A stretch of DNA of 64,000 bases from Paragordius varius (taxonomy: Eukaryota; Animalia; Nematomorpha): assembly GCA_964247055.1 (NCBI GenBank), contig OZ176055.1:372001-436000 (forward strand). Reading direction: 5' to 3'. The position numbers and the translations under genes were made by a program. The notes under the pieces were generated by a model. That model had not been told where the DNA came from. It searched no databases and was given only the letters and a program-made list of their open reading frames with translations. Numbering within the stretch: position 1 is the first letter of the stretch; the number at the start of each line of letters is the position of its first letter. This document shows, in pieces, positions 13,020 through 29,032 of this stretch.

Positions 13020-13284
13020 CCATTAACACTTCATATTTACCCTTGAACAATTCATATACACTCTTGAACAATTCAAATATACCCTAAAAAATTAAGTGTT
13101 TTTTAAGATTAAAAATTATTGTTTGAAATAATACTATGAAAAATAATAAACTATGCCATAAAGATATATTTCATATTAGTCCGAACAAATAATTCTTAGG
13201 GTGAATTTGAATTGTTCGAGAGTTAATTCGAATTGTACGAGGGTCAATTTGAATTGTTCAAGGGTGAATTTGAATTGTAAATGG
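13020..13284. mobile_element. Foldback-like element family 3 (TIR CCATTTACAATTCAAATTCACCC with 21-bp subterminal repeats, TA flanks)
   Basis: ta|ccattaacac...ttgaacaattcaaat... ...gggtgaatttgaattgtaaatgg|ta. Further copies at 17232-17525, about 20322-20580, 36398-36701, about 38715-39007, 40064-40697 and about 41780-42056. Confidence 0.8.
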
Positions 13285-16200
13285 TATGTGTCAGTAAAAA
13301 TAAGATATATGAACCAAAATATATGATATATACACACTATTTAATGTTAAATATTTTTTATTTCTTCAATAGCAACAATGTGCTTTCTAAACCATCCTTC
13401 CTTAATATTTTTGTCATTCACCTTTCAATAAGTAAATTAACTCTGATTTCTAATACTATAGACTCATATACGCGGAAAGGGTAAATATATTCCATATGAA
13501 AAAATATAAAATAACAGATGGGCATATTGACAATTACGTAAAAATTAAAATTATATATACAATACGCAAACAAAATTTCCAAAAATTTAATGGTAAATCT
13601 TTTATTTTCAAAAGACATTTTTAACATTTTTGTTTTTCATATAAACTTGATACAATTTTAAGTTATTAACAGTAAATTAATACTATTAAAAACGGTATAT
13701 CCTTAATGATCGTTGTTAAAAAATTTTAGGATACCTCCATTCATTCATTATAAAGAGGGCGGGATATATTAACATTAAAGACTTAAAATAATTTTTTTTG
13801 AAAAATATTACCTTTAATCGGGCCTGCAGAATTCCAATTATGAATATCAATTGAACATACAATTCATATTTTTTTTGATTTTAATGGAATATTTCCTGTA
13901 TATATAAATAAAATAGAGTTTACAATAGGTGTTTGAAATTGCAAGCAAATTATAATATAAGCCCACCAAAAGCTCAATTTCATATATTCCCAATATTATT
14001 CCTGGCAATGCATTAAAACCCAAAATAAATCTTATAAGTTTTATAGACAAGCTCTAAATATGCAACTATATAACTGTAGATAAAACAATGTACACCTTTG
14101 TTTTAGTTAATAATTTATTAATTAAAATTATAATATTTTTTTGAAAAGCGTAATAATTTAAATGCTTTCGGTAAATTATTTTAACAATTTTATATTTTTT
14201 GTAATAAAAAACATTTATTCATTACGAGACCCTTATTTTATTAAAAAAATTAATCAACTTTCATAACGGTAATTATTTTGTTGTTTTGAGGAAAAAATAT
14301 TTTTGATTTAAGCAGTAAAAAAGTAATAAATATGTAAATTTAAGAGAATAAAAAATGCAATTTAAAGGTAAAATCAGATAAATATTTTCAGGTAAATTTT
14401 TTTAATTAAAGTTTAAGTTAATTGCAGAAGATCCTGCCAAATTAGTATGCAAAATTTTTTATTTTAGACTTGTTATAATCTGTGTTAAAATATATAATAA
14501 ATTGGGAAAAACCATTATATATATACAGTAAAAATTAAAATTTTACGGACAAAACGTAATATTAAGACAAATATTTTTTTCAAAAGAAAATTACAATTAT
14601 TTAAACCTTAATTTTTCTCATCTAAATTACTAAGTACATTTAAGAAGTATGGTTGTTTAGAAAAAAATATTTCTTTATATTTCTAGGTTTTGTCCTTGTA
14701 ATTTTACTTATATTTATATTATTTAAGTACATAATTATATATGTCACATTATTTAAAAAAATTAAAAGATTTAAACATGGGCAACACATGCTTTTTCATA
14801 ATTTATTTCATGGTCTATAGAATGATATTTCATTCAAACATTTATTTTTACTAGGATCATATAAGACAATATATAATAATTATTAAACAATATTCTGTTT
14901 TGAAACTAAAAATTAAATTTGGTTGTCAAAACATATGTCTATGCTGAATGCGTGGAAAAATATATTATTTTAAATATAATAAAAAATTTAAACTTCAACA
15001 ACTATTTTCTATAAAATACTTTTTTATATTTCATGTTGTCGAAATTTATGAAAGATTTCAGATAATGATTTTTTGATTAGATGCCTTTTAATTTAAAATA
15101 TATTAAGGATTTACAACAAAAAATTATCAGTAAAAATAATTTAAACTAAATACATGTAATGTTATGTCGTTTTTTTAAAAATATCAATATGTATTTAAAA
15201 TAAATTTTATCAAAATATAAATGGTATGTTTTAGTATCATTGAAAAGTCACAATTTTAAAATCGATTTATTAATTAAAGTTTTAATCAATAAAGGATATT
15301 TTAATGAATTAGAAAATAAGACTTTGATATAATCCACCAGCTCATATATTCCACTTCATTTTTAAGTATTTGGATATTTGGCTTAGTATACAGGGTTTTT
15401 AATGTTTTTCGTCAAAAAAATCTGATTCGATAAAATTTTTAGACATTAAATTATAGTAAAAGTATAATTATGCTAGTTTGAAAAAATATATGTGTTATAA
15501 AATAATTATATATATAATATGAGAGATATATAGAGAAATGGCTCTTTGAAGAGGGATCTACGAAAATTTTAAAAATTTAGTTTCAAAACTATATTTAATT
15601 CATAAAATCCTAGTTGGTCAACAATTTTTCCCCATATAGATTCATAATTTTTAAATAAAAATATATGTTATAAAAATTATTTATGCCAATAATGAATAAT
15701 ATATTAGGTAAAAGTAAAATAACCTATAAAATAAAGGTATAATTTAGTCTGGTATTAGAGAAACCGGTAATGCTTAAAAAAATATTTATCACTCAATATC
15801 AACTATCATATACATATATAATTAGATTATTCAAAAATGCACCTATTAGGCCTTGAACAGCGCAGATTTAACTAAAAAAAGCGTAATAACTTGGACATTA
15901 ATGAACAATTACATGGGATTATTAGTTGTGAAATATTTTAAACATTAATTTATGCAGAAAATATGAAGGCAGGCTGTTCCTGCCTACTTAAGTAAAGACT
16001 CGCGTTAGTGAGAAGAATTCAAAAGGAAGCAGTTTTAACGTTTGTCATAACGTTAAACCTCATACTTCTCTAATTAAAATTTATTATACTAATATTAATA
16101 TTATTACCACTAGATATTAATCAAAAATAGGCATATAATATGGCAATTACACGGTTCTTTATAAAACTTGGTAGTAGAGTTTAATAAAAAATTAATAAAT

Positions 16201-17231
16201 TGTTAAACATATCGCTTTAACATTTTAGTTAATTCTATATTTCCCACCAATGAGTTACATTTTAGAATTTTAATAAAACGATCTTGGGGTTGGCTGTTAG
16301 GTGAGATTTATTTTGGCAGTTTAATTAAAAACAATAGCTTAAAAAATCCTTGGGATTTTAAACATAGGCATTAAGTGTAAATTCAGTAAATTAAACATCC
16401 TATATCTTATATAATTTATAAAAATTATAATCGATTAGTTGATGGAACAAAATATCTAAAATTATTAAGCCAACATATATAATATGAAAATCTATGATTT
16501 TCTAAAAACATTTTTAATCCTATGTTCCTAGTCAAAGGTTTTATTGTTTAGGTCAGGGTGTCTATGAGGTACTCCAAAATAAAATTACCTAATAAATTTA
16601 AATCCAAAACATGAAATTTAAAAGCTAAATATAATCAATATTTTAACATATTATGTGAATAAGTCTTTCCATTTGGCAACGCACTAAGAAAAAATCAGTG
16701 AAATAAATAAAATATTTATTTTCGCCCTTTCTAATTTTCAAACGCGGCCATTTTAGGTATTTGAATTTAAGCAATAATCTAAGTTATATTGAATAATCAA
16801 AAATTCAATATTTTGCTCAAACTCTTTTTGTTTGGTTCTTAATAATTTATTTTTTAACTGTGTGTAGTATAATAAAAAGAATTTTAAGAGGTTATTAGAT
16901 TGTCATTTTTGACATTCAAATTTATAGAGATATTATGGATTGATTTTCTAATAAAATAATGTTAAACTAAATATAAAAGTATTATGATAAATATAGTTTC
17001 GTTGTTATATTATTAATATCCGCGATTTTATTTCTCCAAATTTTAGACAATTTGAGTGGATGAAAATATTATTATCACTATAGTAAAGTCACCTTAAAAC
17101 AAACTAATTACTTAAAATTAGATTTTGAACACATCTTCACTTGCCAAGGCACAAGAATATTAAGAATATTTTTCAAAGGTATGTGAAGCATTAGAAAATT
17201 ATATAATTATTTTAATAAAAGGCAAATTATA

Positions 17232-17525
17232 CCATTAACAGTTTAAATTAACCCTGGAACAATTCAAATTCACCCTATTTCAAATTCACCCTAAAATTAA
17301 TTAAGTGTTTTTTAAGATTAAAAATTCTCTATATTTTTTATATTTTTAAAAAAATGATGTTTTGTTTAAAATTAATATAATAATGAACAAATGATAAACT
17401 ATGCCACAAAAATATATTTTTTATTAATGATGAGTTACATTAGCCCGAAAACACATAATCTTTTTTTAGGGTGATTTCAATGTTTCGAGGGTAAATTTGA
17501 ATTGTTCAAGGTTTGAATTAAATGG
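17232..17525. mobile_element. Foldback-like element family 3 copy
   Basis: ta|ccattaacag...caattcaaattcaccc ... gagggtaaatttgaattgttcaag...aaatgg|ta; shares the internal aaactatgcc...aaatatattt core. Confidence 0.75.
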
Positions 17526-19966
17526 TAGAATCAAAAAAATCAAACAAGAGAATTTATAAAATATTTTCAGCATTGGAAATTTCTCATAAAGGGTTTTATC
17601 TTTCATTTTTTTGGCCGAAATTATATGAATAAATTATTTGGCAATTATATCACCAAAAAAAGATAAAAATAATTATGATAGGAAATGCCGCCACATTCCC
17701 GATTCCGTGCAAAAAATTATATTTTTTTCATATATATAATTAATGGCATAATAATTTTTTCATCCAATAATCATGATAAATTAATAATAATCATATTATA
17801 TCAATAGAGGCAAAAAAATAAATTATTTATTTTTATTTGGTTAAGTACCAAATTATAAATTTTTCTAACTGCAAATGAAACGTGATGGACGCACGAAAAT
17901 TAATCAAATAATCAATTTTTTTTTTATTTGATTCGATTTAACGTTCTCAATAATGATAATAACTTCGTAATTTATTTCAATGTAAAAAGTTTAATAAAAA
18001 CATACATATATTAGTAATATGTGTGAAAAAATCATGTCTGTATAATTAAAATAAAAGATACCTAAGTTTAAGGGTTTTGCAAGATTAGTAATCCATCCTA
18101 ATATAATAAAAGGAACAAATAAAAATTAATTATTTTAGAATAATAAATATAGTATAGATTAATGATCATTAAGATAGATATTTAGATCTATAAATATATA
18201 TGTCGAATTTAAAAGCCAATATAGATGAAACGAAGCATATATAGAGTATGGTATGTGCAAAAGTCATCATAATTAAAATCAATTAGCTCCTAAGGGATTT
18301 GGTGATTAACAATTTTATATTAATTTTCTACAAATATACGAATTTTGTGCGCAATTTATCATAATAATTTTACAAAATATTTTGATAATAACAGTATGGC
18401 ATATTTTAGTCCGGGCGACCAAGAAATGATGATGTAAATGTAAAGTATATTATGATTGAATATTAGCGTTTGGTATAACATATTCATTTTATAAATGCCA
18501 TCAAAAAACCATGTAAGTTTTACTAAAATTTAAATTATATTACATTAGTCAGTATATTTATTTTTTTTATAAATCAATTTGGATTAACCCTTAGAGACAT
18601 TTTTTTGGGGATATTTAGGTTGATATATTCTAAAATACTACGTTAGTTTTATATTGAACTAATGGACACTTATTGTTAACTAAATTCTTATCATAAGGTT
18701 TATCCATAAAATAAGTTATATCAAATTTTTTATGCATTTTCTATATAATGGTTTATTAATGTTATATAAGTGGGAAGTTTTGCGATGGTTTTTGTTTTAT
18801 ATTTTTAGAAATATTTGATTTTAAACAGGGTCAAAGCCATCAAAAATCGGAGGATTAAAATAAATGTGTTGTACTAAATTTACATGTGTGATCCACACAT
18901 ACATATTCACATTCTATTTTATAATTTCATATATATAACGAAACTCCATTTTGAGTGTCGAAACATGTCGGCTTGTTCTTTACTTTTAAAAATTATTTTG
19001 CAAAAAGAACCTTTTTTAATATTTTGACGGTATTGTGAAAGACTTACTAGGAAGTTAGGACGTGAAATTTAACACTTTATAAAGTGTGATTACGACACAA
19101 ATCGGTATTTAACATACATAAAGCCAATTTTAAAATTCCAAATATTTGACCGCAATTTTTTTATTAAAATATATCCAAAAAATCAAAACAAGGGGGCTTG
19201 ATAAAAGAATACTTAGCAAACTATGTTGAAATTTAGGGTAGGGTTCATGAAAATTTTGACATTTTAAGGAATGTGATTATGTGTTTTCTATACTAATTTA
19301 AATTTATGAAATAATATATTGATTGGGTTATTTTTCAATATACCTACTAAGTTTTTAACATAAAATATTAATATAACATATACAAGATTAATTTTCACAA
19401 AGATAGTGAAATCTCTTTTTTTGTTTTATAAAACTAAAAAAACTTGATATATTAAAATAAATATCTATTGACTTTTTTTACTTAAAACAAAGCGATAATG
19501 AAAATATACAGTTTGCTCTGATGACATTACTGCAGTGTTTTGTCACATGTGTGCATATAAATGGTTTTTTATTTTTTTATTTAATTAAAATTTATTAAGC
19601 TATAATTCTCTTATATTTGACCATTTATGTATATATTGCATATATATGGGTTGAAAGGAAAGAGTACTTTGTTAAATGTCATCTAAGAAATAAATTATAG
19701 CTGACACATAGAACTTTATATGAGTTTATATAAATTAAAACTGATTTAGAATATTCCACTCAGGGCTTTTAAAAAAATTCGAAAATTCCTATGTAAAAAT
19801 ATTTCCAATATGTGATAATATTTTAGCATAAACACAAAGGTGATTAGATATGTGCTAAATTTAAATAAATATTAATTTATAAGGCAAAATTCAGCTAATT
19901 ATTGTAATTAGTGTTGTTTATTGAGCTATAATTAACATAATAATGAATTTCTCCTGGGAATTTGCC

Positions 19967-20011
<45 letters not shown>

Positions 20012-20613
20012 CTTATATATATGGAGGAAAAACTAATTTTCAAAAGCGTTTGAATAAAAACATTTTTAAATTATCCTAAAAGAGGCCAATTTTATGCATA
20101 AAACCCATTCTCTGAAACTTACATATAAATTTAAACTAAAAATACATTGTGACATGCGTAGTACCCTTCGTCAATAATCGAAAACTGATTCCTAGCTAGT
20201 TGGCTCTTATCCATATTTATTTGACTACTTGGGGTTCTCACATATCAAAGAGATATTTAACTTTATTATATAAATCCAATTAATTAACATTAGTGTTGAT
20301 TTTATCCATTATAGATATACACCATTAGTAATTCAAATTCACCCTTGAACAATTTAAATTCACCCTCGTACAATTCAAATTCACCCTAAAAATAAATTAT
20401 CTATTTTCGGGCAGCCTATATAACTCATCATTAAAAAGAAATATAATCCCATGTAATTTATTACATTCAGTTATATTAATTTTAAACGTATTTTTATTTT
20501 TTTAAATACAAATAAAACATAGGTAAATTTTAATTATGAAAAAACACATAATTTATTTGAGGGTGAATTAGAATTTTTTAGCGTGATAAGAACTGTAAAT
20601 TGTATATAAAATA

Positions 20614-20774
20614 CAGTAGGGTATGGCATAAAACAATATAAGTCCATAAAAGCATAAAAAATGTTTTATTTAATAACAAGGGGGGGGGATATTATGGATA
20701 TGTTAAACTAGGTTTATTTGAAAAAAAAATTTATTCTTTTATGGACTAATATTGTTTTATGCCATACGCCACTG
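20614..20774. mobile_element. MITE family 2 copy
   Basis: ta|cagtagggtatggcataaaacaat ... attgtttttatgccatacgccactg|ta. Confidence 0.82.
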
Positions 20775-20809
20775 TAATGACTGTACAATAAAATTCTCTT
20801 CTCCTATTA

Positions 20810-21087
20810 AAGTAAAAATTGAAATCATACGGACAAACTGTAAAATATAAAGAAAAATGTTTTTTTCTAAAAGACAATCCCATACTTTAATATTTTTTAT
20901 TTTTTTAAACATTAATGATTGTTTTAAACTTTCAAATTATAAAATAAAGTTATTTATTAGATACCTAATCAATCATGTATTTAAATGATTTTATAGGATA
21001 TTTTAAGGTTTGAAAAAGTATGGTTGTCGTTAAAAAAAATTGTCTTTATATTTTTACGTATTGTCCGTACAATTTCAATTTTTACTG
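20810..21087. mobile_element. MITE family 1 copy
   Basis: agtaaaaattgaaatcatacggacaaac ... ttgtccgtacaatttcaatttttactg|ta. Confidence 0.8.
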
Positions 21088-21532
21088 TACTTGTAGTTTT
21101 TTTTATCTTAAATTATTTAAAGAAAACTTTAATCTGTAATCCAGCTTTAAATTCAATATAAACACCATATAGTATTTTTATATTATGTCTGATATTTTTT
21201 AGAACAATTCTCAATATACTGCAAAAGTCCTCATATATATTAGTATACATTATACAATTTAATTTTTTCATTCTTTTTGTAAAGTTAACAAAAAATAAAA
21301 ATAATTTTTCAAGAATAATTAATATATAATGGATTTGATTTAAACCCTATTATTTTAATTTTAAATATATTATATAATTGGATATTGGTCACAACATTTC
21401 CATGATAAAAAATATTTTTGTGTTTAAATATATTAAATAAAATAAATTCTTATTACATATTTTAACCGTGTTAAAACAAATTCACCCAATAAAATATTTT
21501 TTCATATTTTCAAAAAATATATATACAAATAT

Positions 21533-21572
<40 letters not shown>

Positions 21573-21902
21573 TTGGTTAGGATGAAATAATCTTTAATTT
21601 TTACACAATAAGCATATGAGAGAGACAAGGTATACTAGCATAAGTAAATTAGGTTAGAATAGGAAATTAATTGTCATAATTGAGATGTATATATATTTAT
21701 AGATACGTCTCTATATAAAATTTTTTCAGGTTTTAAAGAACATTGTCAAGAAATTAAAAACGAATTACCTTTATTTTGCTTTAATATAAAAATCATGGTA
21801 TTAATTTATTAAAATATTTAATTTTAATTAGTATGAAAATTGCTATTTTGCCATTCAAATCTTCTGTGTATTCAAAAACCATTAAAATTCATCATGCTAA
21901 AT

Positions 21903-21934
<32 letters not shown>

Positions 21935-22649
21935 TTTAATGTTCAATTCTTAATTTTTTACTTGGCAGGTTATATTAAAAAAATAGAATTTAAAGCCTTA
22001 ATTTTGAATCAATAAAAATTATTAAGGGAAAATATCCAATAATTTTCAACTGACATTTTAACTTTAATTTTTATTTTAGGAGAATTAATAAATAAATTAG
22101 AGTTTCATTTTTTATTGGGTTACCTGCATATTATTATATAAATTTATGCAAAAATAATTAGTTTTAAATTAAAATATATATACTTTTAAACTACGCGCCC
22201 TATTGTAGTCCAAAAAAATGACATTAGACCAGAATAATCATACTAATTATTATATATATATATATATATATATATAAGGACATACATAAAAAATTAATTT
22301 TGCCATTTTCTTTAGTAAACTAGGAAACCAAATTATGCACGGAAAATAAAAATTAGCTTGGCATAAATGCGAACGCATGGATTACATGGTGTGACAAAAT
22401 AAAGTCTACACTTGTCATACTCGTCAAGCCTATTCATATAATATTTCTCAATTCTCTAATTGAGATTTATGAATCTCATAAAATAAATTAAACACACCTA
22501 GAGATACCATAATTTGCAATTATTTCTAAATTTTATATGGTATGGCATGGATATTTTCTTTAAAAGCTATTCACATAGAGTTTTAAATAGTGACACATAG
22601 GTAGCTTAATTAAAATAATAAGTATTATTTCTCAGTATAATGATAAATA

Positions 22650-23081
22650 CAGTTAAAATTGAAATAAAGTAGCGTATGGCATAAAACATTATTAATCCAT
22701 AAAGGGATAAAAAAAGTTTTTTTAAAAAACAAGCCTAGTTGTTTATACACATATCCATATTATCCCTTGGGTTTTTTTAAAAAAAGCATTTTTATTCTAT
22801 AAACTAATAATGTTTTATGCCATATGCTACTGTATATGGACAAAACGGATAAATGTAAATACAAATATTTTTTTTAAGGCCAAAAATACTTTAACCTTAG
22901 TTTATCCCCTAAAAAACCTAAAACACATCATTGAATGTGTTATCAATTTACATCTCTTACTTTGAAGTTCAAAACAATGATTCATCATATTTGAAAAAAT
23001 GAAAATTCAAAATGTATGGTTGTGTTTAAACTTTTGTTCTTGGATTTCTAAGTTTTGTCCCTAAAATTTTAATTTTTACTG
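22650..23081. mobile_element. MITE family 1 copy interrupted by a MITE family 2 copy (about 22667-22832)
   Basis: cagttaaaattgaaata [agtagcgtatggcataaaac...gttttatgccatatgctactg] tatatggacaaaacg ... ttttaatttttactg. Confidence 0.75.
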
Positions 23082-26000
23082 TAAATATTTCATTAAAGAT
23101 GGAAAAATAATTGGTAATTTTTTCTCAAAATTTAAATTAAGGCCAGCTCATGGTATTAATGATGATATGCAATAATTGGATTTATACGGACTATACTCAA
23201 AAATATAAGGACAATTTTTTTTAAAAAGACAAACCATACTATCTTGATTTTTTGATATTACATTGTTTCAATTCGTGTTTTAGATATGTATATTGATAGC
23301 AAAATCACTTATAAATTTTAAGTTTGTTATTAATAATTTATATGGGAGATATTAAAGTTTATGAAAGTGTGGTTGGTTGTCTTTTAATTAAAAATATTTT
23401 CGCGATGTCCTTACGTATATTTTCAAAATTAAAGGCCTATTTTTTGCTTCTGAGTATTAATGGGAATTCTAAAATGAACTTTCCCGAAGGGCTAATATAA
23501 GTAAAATGCATGATTATAAACTCATATGATCCTATATTTTTGCTAAAATATTGCTCCAAGTATAAATTTTGCAATACGTTTTATTTTAAATACAAGGATG
23601 AACAAAAATCTTTCGGGAGAGTATGATCGATTATTTATATAATTTTCATTTAATTTGAAATTTTCATAAAATTAATCTGATTAAAACAAAATTACCTTAA
23701 TATATGTTTATCAAAGGTATTTATACCTGTTGGTTTAATGGAATAGATATATTTTAAAATAGTGGTATAGTACTAAACAATTCAGTATCAAAGCCCTTTC
23801 AAATTTTATGATATATATATTTAATATAATTAATGACTCAAAAAACAATTAAAAAAATTAAAAACAGATACATATAAAAGTTATTAAGTGTGACTGTCAA
23901 AATTTAAAATATGATGATGACATACATCAAAAATTGAAGTTTTGTTGGTTTAAAATTGGCTCACATTTTTAAAATTTAATTAAAGACGATACTTTAGTAG
24001 CGATAAATGTGTTACTCAATTAATTTTTATGAAATTTAATTTGGTTTCAATTCAAGTAATTCCCTAGCCATTCTCCATAATTAATATAGTTTTACAATTT
24101 TTGATGTAATTGCAAAAATGTATAAAAGTTAGTGTTCGAACCTAATAAATTATTTTAAATTTTTAAGGGTGCACTTTTTTATTAATAATTGTCCATGGAA
24201 AAAATATAGAGTGTATATGGGATTTTGGTCCAAATTTTAATAATTGATTCCCTCCTACCCTAAGAGCATTTGAATATAGTGGCATGCCTTCTTAGGAATA
24301 TACAAAATATTTTATATAACACAGTAGATATTGAAATTATGCGGACACAATGTAATACAAAGACAAATGTTATTTTCTAAAAGACAACCATACTTTTTAC
24401 ATCTATATTTTTTTATATTACTGATTGTTTTAAAATACTTAAAGTATAAAATAGAGATTTAAATTGGTTACACAATCAATTATGTATTTCACGATTGTAT
24501 ATAAATGACTTTTATATATAGTGTTTTTAACAAAAATTTATATTTTACAAATTTTAATTTTTACTCTAAATATAATAGCCATTAGTTTTAACACCCATTA
24601 TATTAAGGTTATACGAAAATTAATAAATTGAATGCTTTTGTAATACAATATGACCGCATAATTTTATTGTTTTAAAATCAGCTGTTTTAATTAGATTTTG
24701 TTTTTTTGTTAATTTAGAATTTTTGTGTTCTGAGATTACACAAAAATAATAGGTACCCTATATTAAAATTGTGAGTTTCGCATCGCGTAAGGCTATTAAA
24801 GGAATTCAGCATTATAAAATTATATTATATTCAAATAATCTGATTAACCTTCATAATGTGATTAATGTATATCATTTTTTCAAGCAAACGCAACAATTCT
24901 TTAAGAAAAGATAACCTAAAGATATTAAATAGATTGAAAAAATGTTACGTTCGCTTGAAAAATGGTAAAATTGAGAAAAATCGGTTGAATTTTACATATA
25001 AAGCGGTGTCAACAGGTGAATCCATACGGTATGAATTTCTTTGTCTTGTAAAACTTAAATAATTTACGAAATTCAAAAGGCAAAATGTAATTGTCATACC
25101 AAATTTATTTCAAGATAATATATGATAATCAGATAAATATTTTACGCATAACCTCTGCAAATATTTCTTTCGAGTTATAAAAAACATTCAGGAATATGTT
25201 AAAACCTTATATATATTATAAATTCTGATTTTTATTATAAGTTATACTATGTCACTTGAGTTATAAGTGTGTAAGTAGATCAAATTTTGACAAAAATAAG
25301 TAACTTATTACAAAAAATATGATTGAAATATTAACTCTCTCTTCACAAATCTTATCTCATGTGTATAATATATATGTATGCATACTTGTGTTACAGAAAG
25401 ATTCCAGCCAGCTCAATAAACATATTCTGAATAAATTATAAAGTCAAGAGTGTATGAATAGGAATTATGACTAAAATCATATTAGTGGTTTAATATCCCT
25501 TTAATATATGTCAACTTTGGTACATTGATTTAGAATACAGATATTTAAAAAAAAGTTTAATATTCAAGGTTTCGACTTATCGCGACACTAATAAGTGATA
25601 GATAAAAAATGGTTACTGCAAAATAATATTCTAAATAAAAAAAAATCATAAATGTATATTTCCAAAAAAAAGTTTTTAATATTCAAAAAAAATTTACGCA
25701 CGAAAACACGAAATCCAATTAAAATTAATGGAAAACTCAGGTAAGGCAGGCTTTTAATTGCTATGTGTGCATCTATATTGTGCCTACTATGCCTTTTCGA
25801 AATTAAAAAATTGGAAAAAGGAATAATAAGAGTCCAATGATAATTGCTGTTAAAGAAATAGATACGTTTATGGCATTAAATGCTCTCTATCCTACTTTCT
25901 ATTAAAAAAGTAATTTAAGCTGCTTTACTAAGAATAGCTTCTTTATATAGTATACGAAGGGAAGGAAAATCCCTAATTAGATATTAATTGGTACTATCAA

Positions 26001-29000
26001 TAGAAATTTTATACTTTTTCATCAAAATTGTCAAAATCGAATTATTATTTTTAGAGGATGCAAAAATTAGAAGGCTGTGTTTATAACGGTTTAGTTTATA
26101 TGATAAAATGCGATTTTACAATCCATGATTATCTGGATAATAAAAAGTAACAATTGGTTTCGGACGAATACTTTAAATATTTATTTCAATGTAAAAAGAT
26201 AGTATTTATATGTTGGATTATTTGCTTTAAAAGGTAAAAAATTATATCCTGTATCGTAAAATTAACAAATGTTTAATTTAGGGCATGCAGAAACAGCATG
26301 GAGGGCGAGAATGATATATGGTTTACTCTAGTGGTGCTACACCGCTATCACGAAGCAAAAATGTTAGAAAATATATTTCACCATTATATTTAATTAGATT
26401 TAATGACCAGTTAAGGTATTAGACTAATCGTGTTATGTGAGAATTCCTAAATTTAGCTGATATCCGAAAATCACAAATTTGGCTCACATTAGGTTGATAA
26501 ATTATCTATGGGTCAAGTTTTAAATTAATAAAAATAAAATTGTTTTATAAAGTATCGATGTTTAGTAAAACACCTTTATCGTCTGCCTGGGCTAACGATA
26601 AAAATCCTGCTGTTGTGAGTACTATATATTATAATGGTTACATTTCCGGACCATTTTTCGATTTCACAATTTAAAAAAACGAATTGCAAGAATTTGTTAA
26701 AACATACCCAAGGAGGTATTTTTAGGGGCGAGATATGTACAAGCAATAAAATTATGCCTTAAGTAATTTTGTTTTACCATTGAATCTCTTTTGTAAACTT
26801 GATAAATTTAAATCTCCTTTTTGCTATAAGATTAAAAAATATTAAAACTACTATATTTTATATAATATATCCTTATTATTAGCAAGTTATTGAACAAAGT
26901 GAATGTGTGGATATTCTCAAAATAAAACCACAAAAAATATTAATGATGATAATAATGTGGACATGTGTCATCCACATAAATTTTTTAATTTAATTTGTGT
27001 TGTCATTAAATCTTGCAACTACATTAATCTTTAAAATTGACAAAAATATTTTAGCATTATATATTATGTTTCTAACCTAGTAAGATTAAATAAGACCTTC
27101 AGTCTAGATACTGCAATGGTAAATTAATATTGATGATTAATAAAGTTTTTTATCGAAATACACTTGTGCTAAAGAAAGCAGTCTTAATACTTTTTAATCG
27201 ATTCACATTGAAAGCTAGCGAAAAATGCATCTCTTTATTATTTATCAGGTATACCTTTTTCTGAACTACCTTTTTATCTCTTTTTTGGAAAAATTTTGCT
27301 CTAAATGCAAATAATTTTTTAACATAATTTTTTCTTTAAAGTAGCTAAATTCGTTAAATTTTGGTCTATGATACAAAATTATTTTTTTTTTCATTCACAT
27401 TATTATGCTCTGTTAACCAACTAATTTTAGTTTCCATGTGAATTATAAATTTTTTGCACGGAAAAACAACCGGTTAAAAGCTTGAAAATAAAATAGGTGC
27501 TTAGAAACAAGTCTAAAAAATGGATATCGGGTTGGTAATTAAAATTTATCAGGATTTTCCTTATTTTATATCGGCACAAAAAGTTTAATAAGCCAACTAA
27601 TAAAATATTTGTGTGAATTGTTTTGTACGCTACCCTAGTACATAACATTTTTAGACAAAAAAACCAAAGTTAAAATTGATAATATCTCGATTTTTAACCC
27701 GTATTACAAATAATATGTTTAATGTAAGGATGATAATTGATAAAACTCCATGTTTCTAATTATGATTTTCTTTTTTAGAGAGAGAATGGTTGAGCGCCAA
27801 TACTATACAAAATAAAATGTAATTATTATCAAAATTTAAGAGTATTTAACTTTATAGGTACTAGAAGTCTTCTGGTTGATTCCATCTAATTCTGACATCA
27901 AAACTTTATATATATTTTAGCATATGAGTGTGTGTTAAATTTAATGAATGTTAAATGTATGACATAAAATTTAAGCTCAATAGTTTACATTTCACAGTTT
28001 AATCTTGCTAAAGGAACTGCTAAATATCTATCTTTTAAATCCACTAAATAATAAAATATAAATATAATAAGTAAAGGGATTAATATATATCATCTTTAAG
28101 AGATGTCAAAATATGAATATAGATTTATTAATATGATTATTACCATCGTTGTTAATATATTATTATATTAGTATTCAGGAGAAAGCTTTTTTATTATATA
28201 TCTAAACTTTTAACTTGGCCTTAAGTAGATAAAAGATGGATTACAGAAGTTATATAATATAACTTGTTCAAAACTTAATAAATATCAAAATGTTTGATGT
28301 TTTTTTGCTCTCTGAATAAATTATTATCATTTTTTTTAATCTACTGAAAAATGTATTTGACACATATTGAAACTTATATTTAATATATTTATCAAGCAAA
28401 TATTACAATAGGCTAGGCCCTAAAAAATTAAAATTTTAAATTTTTTTGTAAAATTTTCAAATTTTTATGTGAGTTAGGTATTGTAAATATTATTTTATAA
28501 ATAATTTTAAAAGAAAAAAATTTACCAGATAGAATGTGTCCGAATTATAAATATTAATATATAATAGTAGATATATTGTTTTAAAACTTTTAATATGCAG
28601 GAATTTGGATTATCAAGAATTTCTTATTAATTTTACAGGTATTTAAAAAATTGAAATAAATAAAGTGAGGTAAAAATATGTATGTTGAAGAAATTTAACG
28701 ATTCTAATGAAAATATTCGTATGTCCCTATTTGGATAATGATAAAAATATATATTATGACATCCAATTTTCGTAAAAATATATTAAAAATATCTATTTAG
28801 TGTATGTAATGCAGTTAGCCTTTAAAAAGAGTGTTTATGCTACGTTTATAAAAATATAGAAAACAATGTATTGAATGTTTCATTGATGTCTAATTTTTTT
28901 AATAAATATAGTCTGAATTACAATTTTTTAAGAAAATAGCTGTGCTTTATCCATAGCTGAGATTTGATCGAAACGAAATATTTTTAAAGTGTGGTTAAAA

Positions 29001-29032
29001 TTTGAGGATTATAATAAATATACAGGAAAATA

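Noticed and set aside
18091-18250. Helitron-like 5' end (atccatcctaatataataaaagg)
   Set aside because: No convincing 3' hairpin-CTAG partner nearby; too weak to call.
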